Positions 63,867 to 64,000 of a stretch of 64,000 nt of DNA are shown one piece after another. Within the stretch, counting starts at the first letter, position 1, and each line of letters opens with the position of its first letter. Position numbers and translations under genes: made by a program. Source of the stretch: an uncultured Actinomycetes bacterium. Lineage in GTDB: Bacteria; Actinomycetota; Acidimicrobiia; IMCC26256; DASPTH01. The stretch is taken from assembly GCA_963720765.1 (NCBI GenBank), contig CAVRGS010000013.1, positions 470,467-534,466 of the forward strand, read 5' to 3'. Below the pieces are notes generated by a model. It saw nothing but the letters and a program-made list of their open reading frames with translations. It had not been told where the DNA came from and ran no database searches.

Positions 63867-64000
63867 GTGCACCCATCCCGTCCTGGCGCCATCCGTCTCG
63901 CTGCCGTGCAGGCGCTTCGTCGGCTCGTCGATCTGATCACCGCCTGGCGAGCGCCGGATCCCGAAGCGGGCATGACGACCGCCGAGCTGCTCGGGAACGC
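63867..64000 (+). CDS. Putative Flp-type (DUF4244-like) prepilin, 5' part only, running off the window
   Basis: AAGGAG (63856-63861) lies 5 nt before GTG 63867. The frame reads VHPSRPGAIRLAAVQALRRLVDLITAWRAPDPEAG-MTTAELLGNA.... A basic leader ends in Gly with Glu at +5, as at Flp prepilin peptidase sites. The position after tadC is the usual one. Confidence 0.45.
   Translation, partial: MHPSRPGAIRLAAVQALRRLVDLITAWRAPDPEAGMTTAELLGN

Noticed and set aside
1-64000. A search by eye for tRNA, rRNA, riboswitch-like leaders, transposase/IS ends and toxin-antitoxin pairs.
   Set aside because: I found no T-loop/anticodon-arm-like sequences, rRNA-like conserved blocks, terminal inverted repeats flanking an ORF, or small coupled two-gene cassettes. 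Without covariance-model searches, absence cannot be proven.

Overview
This is a very GC-rich, gene-dense chromosomal segment that looks actinobacterial. It has F420-type luciferase-like oxidoreductases, PNPOx and nitroreductase families, many SDRs and alpha/beta hydrolases, and frequent ATGA/GTGA start-stop coupling. I can support about 70 protein-coding loci plus a few small repeats, hairpins and candidate operators. I saw no rRNA, tRNA, CRISPR array, transposase or integrase.

Content by region:
(i) 0-10 kb: a lactate-type FMN dehydrogenase, a sugar-porter MFS, an acyl-CoA dehydrogenase with a kinase-like partner, SDRs, and a two-gene hotdog hydratase pair.
(ii) 11.1-13.7 kb: a class III nucleotide cyclase fused to a STAND/NB-ARC-type ATPase with a helical-repeat tail.
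(iii) 13.7-36 kb: a mosaic of esterases and F420/flavin redox enzymes, a GNAT-like acyltransferase fused to a cNMP-binding domain, DUF35 plus an SCP-x-type thiolase, and a family III CoA-transferase with a hydratase and an EthD protein.
(iv) A MarR regulator with a DrrAB-like ABC exporter, and a GH3 beta-glucosidase.
(v) 41.2-51.8 kb: a ten-gene co-directional minus-strand cluster. It holds an F420 LLM oxidoreductase, a small ORF, a partner-less molybdenum hydroxylase large subunit, a P450, two coupled CoA-transferases, an ABM protein, a gamma-glutamyltransferase and two uncharacterised paralogues.
(vi) A Liv-type ABC importer with no binding protein, and a secreted His-rich copper protein with a cupredoxin tail.
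(vii) 58.3-64.0 kb: an excisionase-type HTH gene, a structured low-GC promoter region, and a Tad/Flp pilus operon (cpaB, cpaE/tadZ-like, cpaF, tadB, tadC, start of a pilin gene) that runs off the window.

The most pervasive unexplained signal is about 45 reading-frame breaks in roughly 20 otherwise well-conserved genes. The breaks are strongly clustered, and about 9 in 10 behave as single-base insertions. I report these genes as pseudogenes as sequenced, but a consensus-error origin is at least as likely. All functional calls come from motif recognition by eye on the supplied translations, not from database searches.
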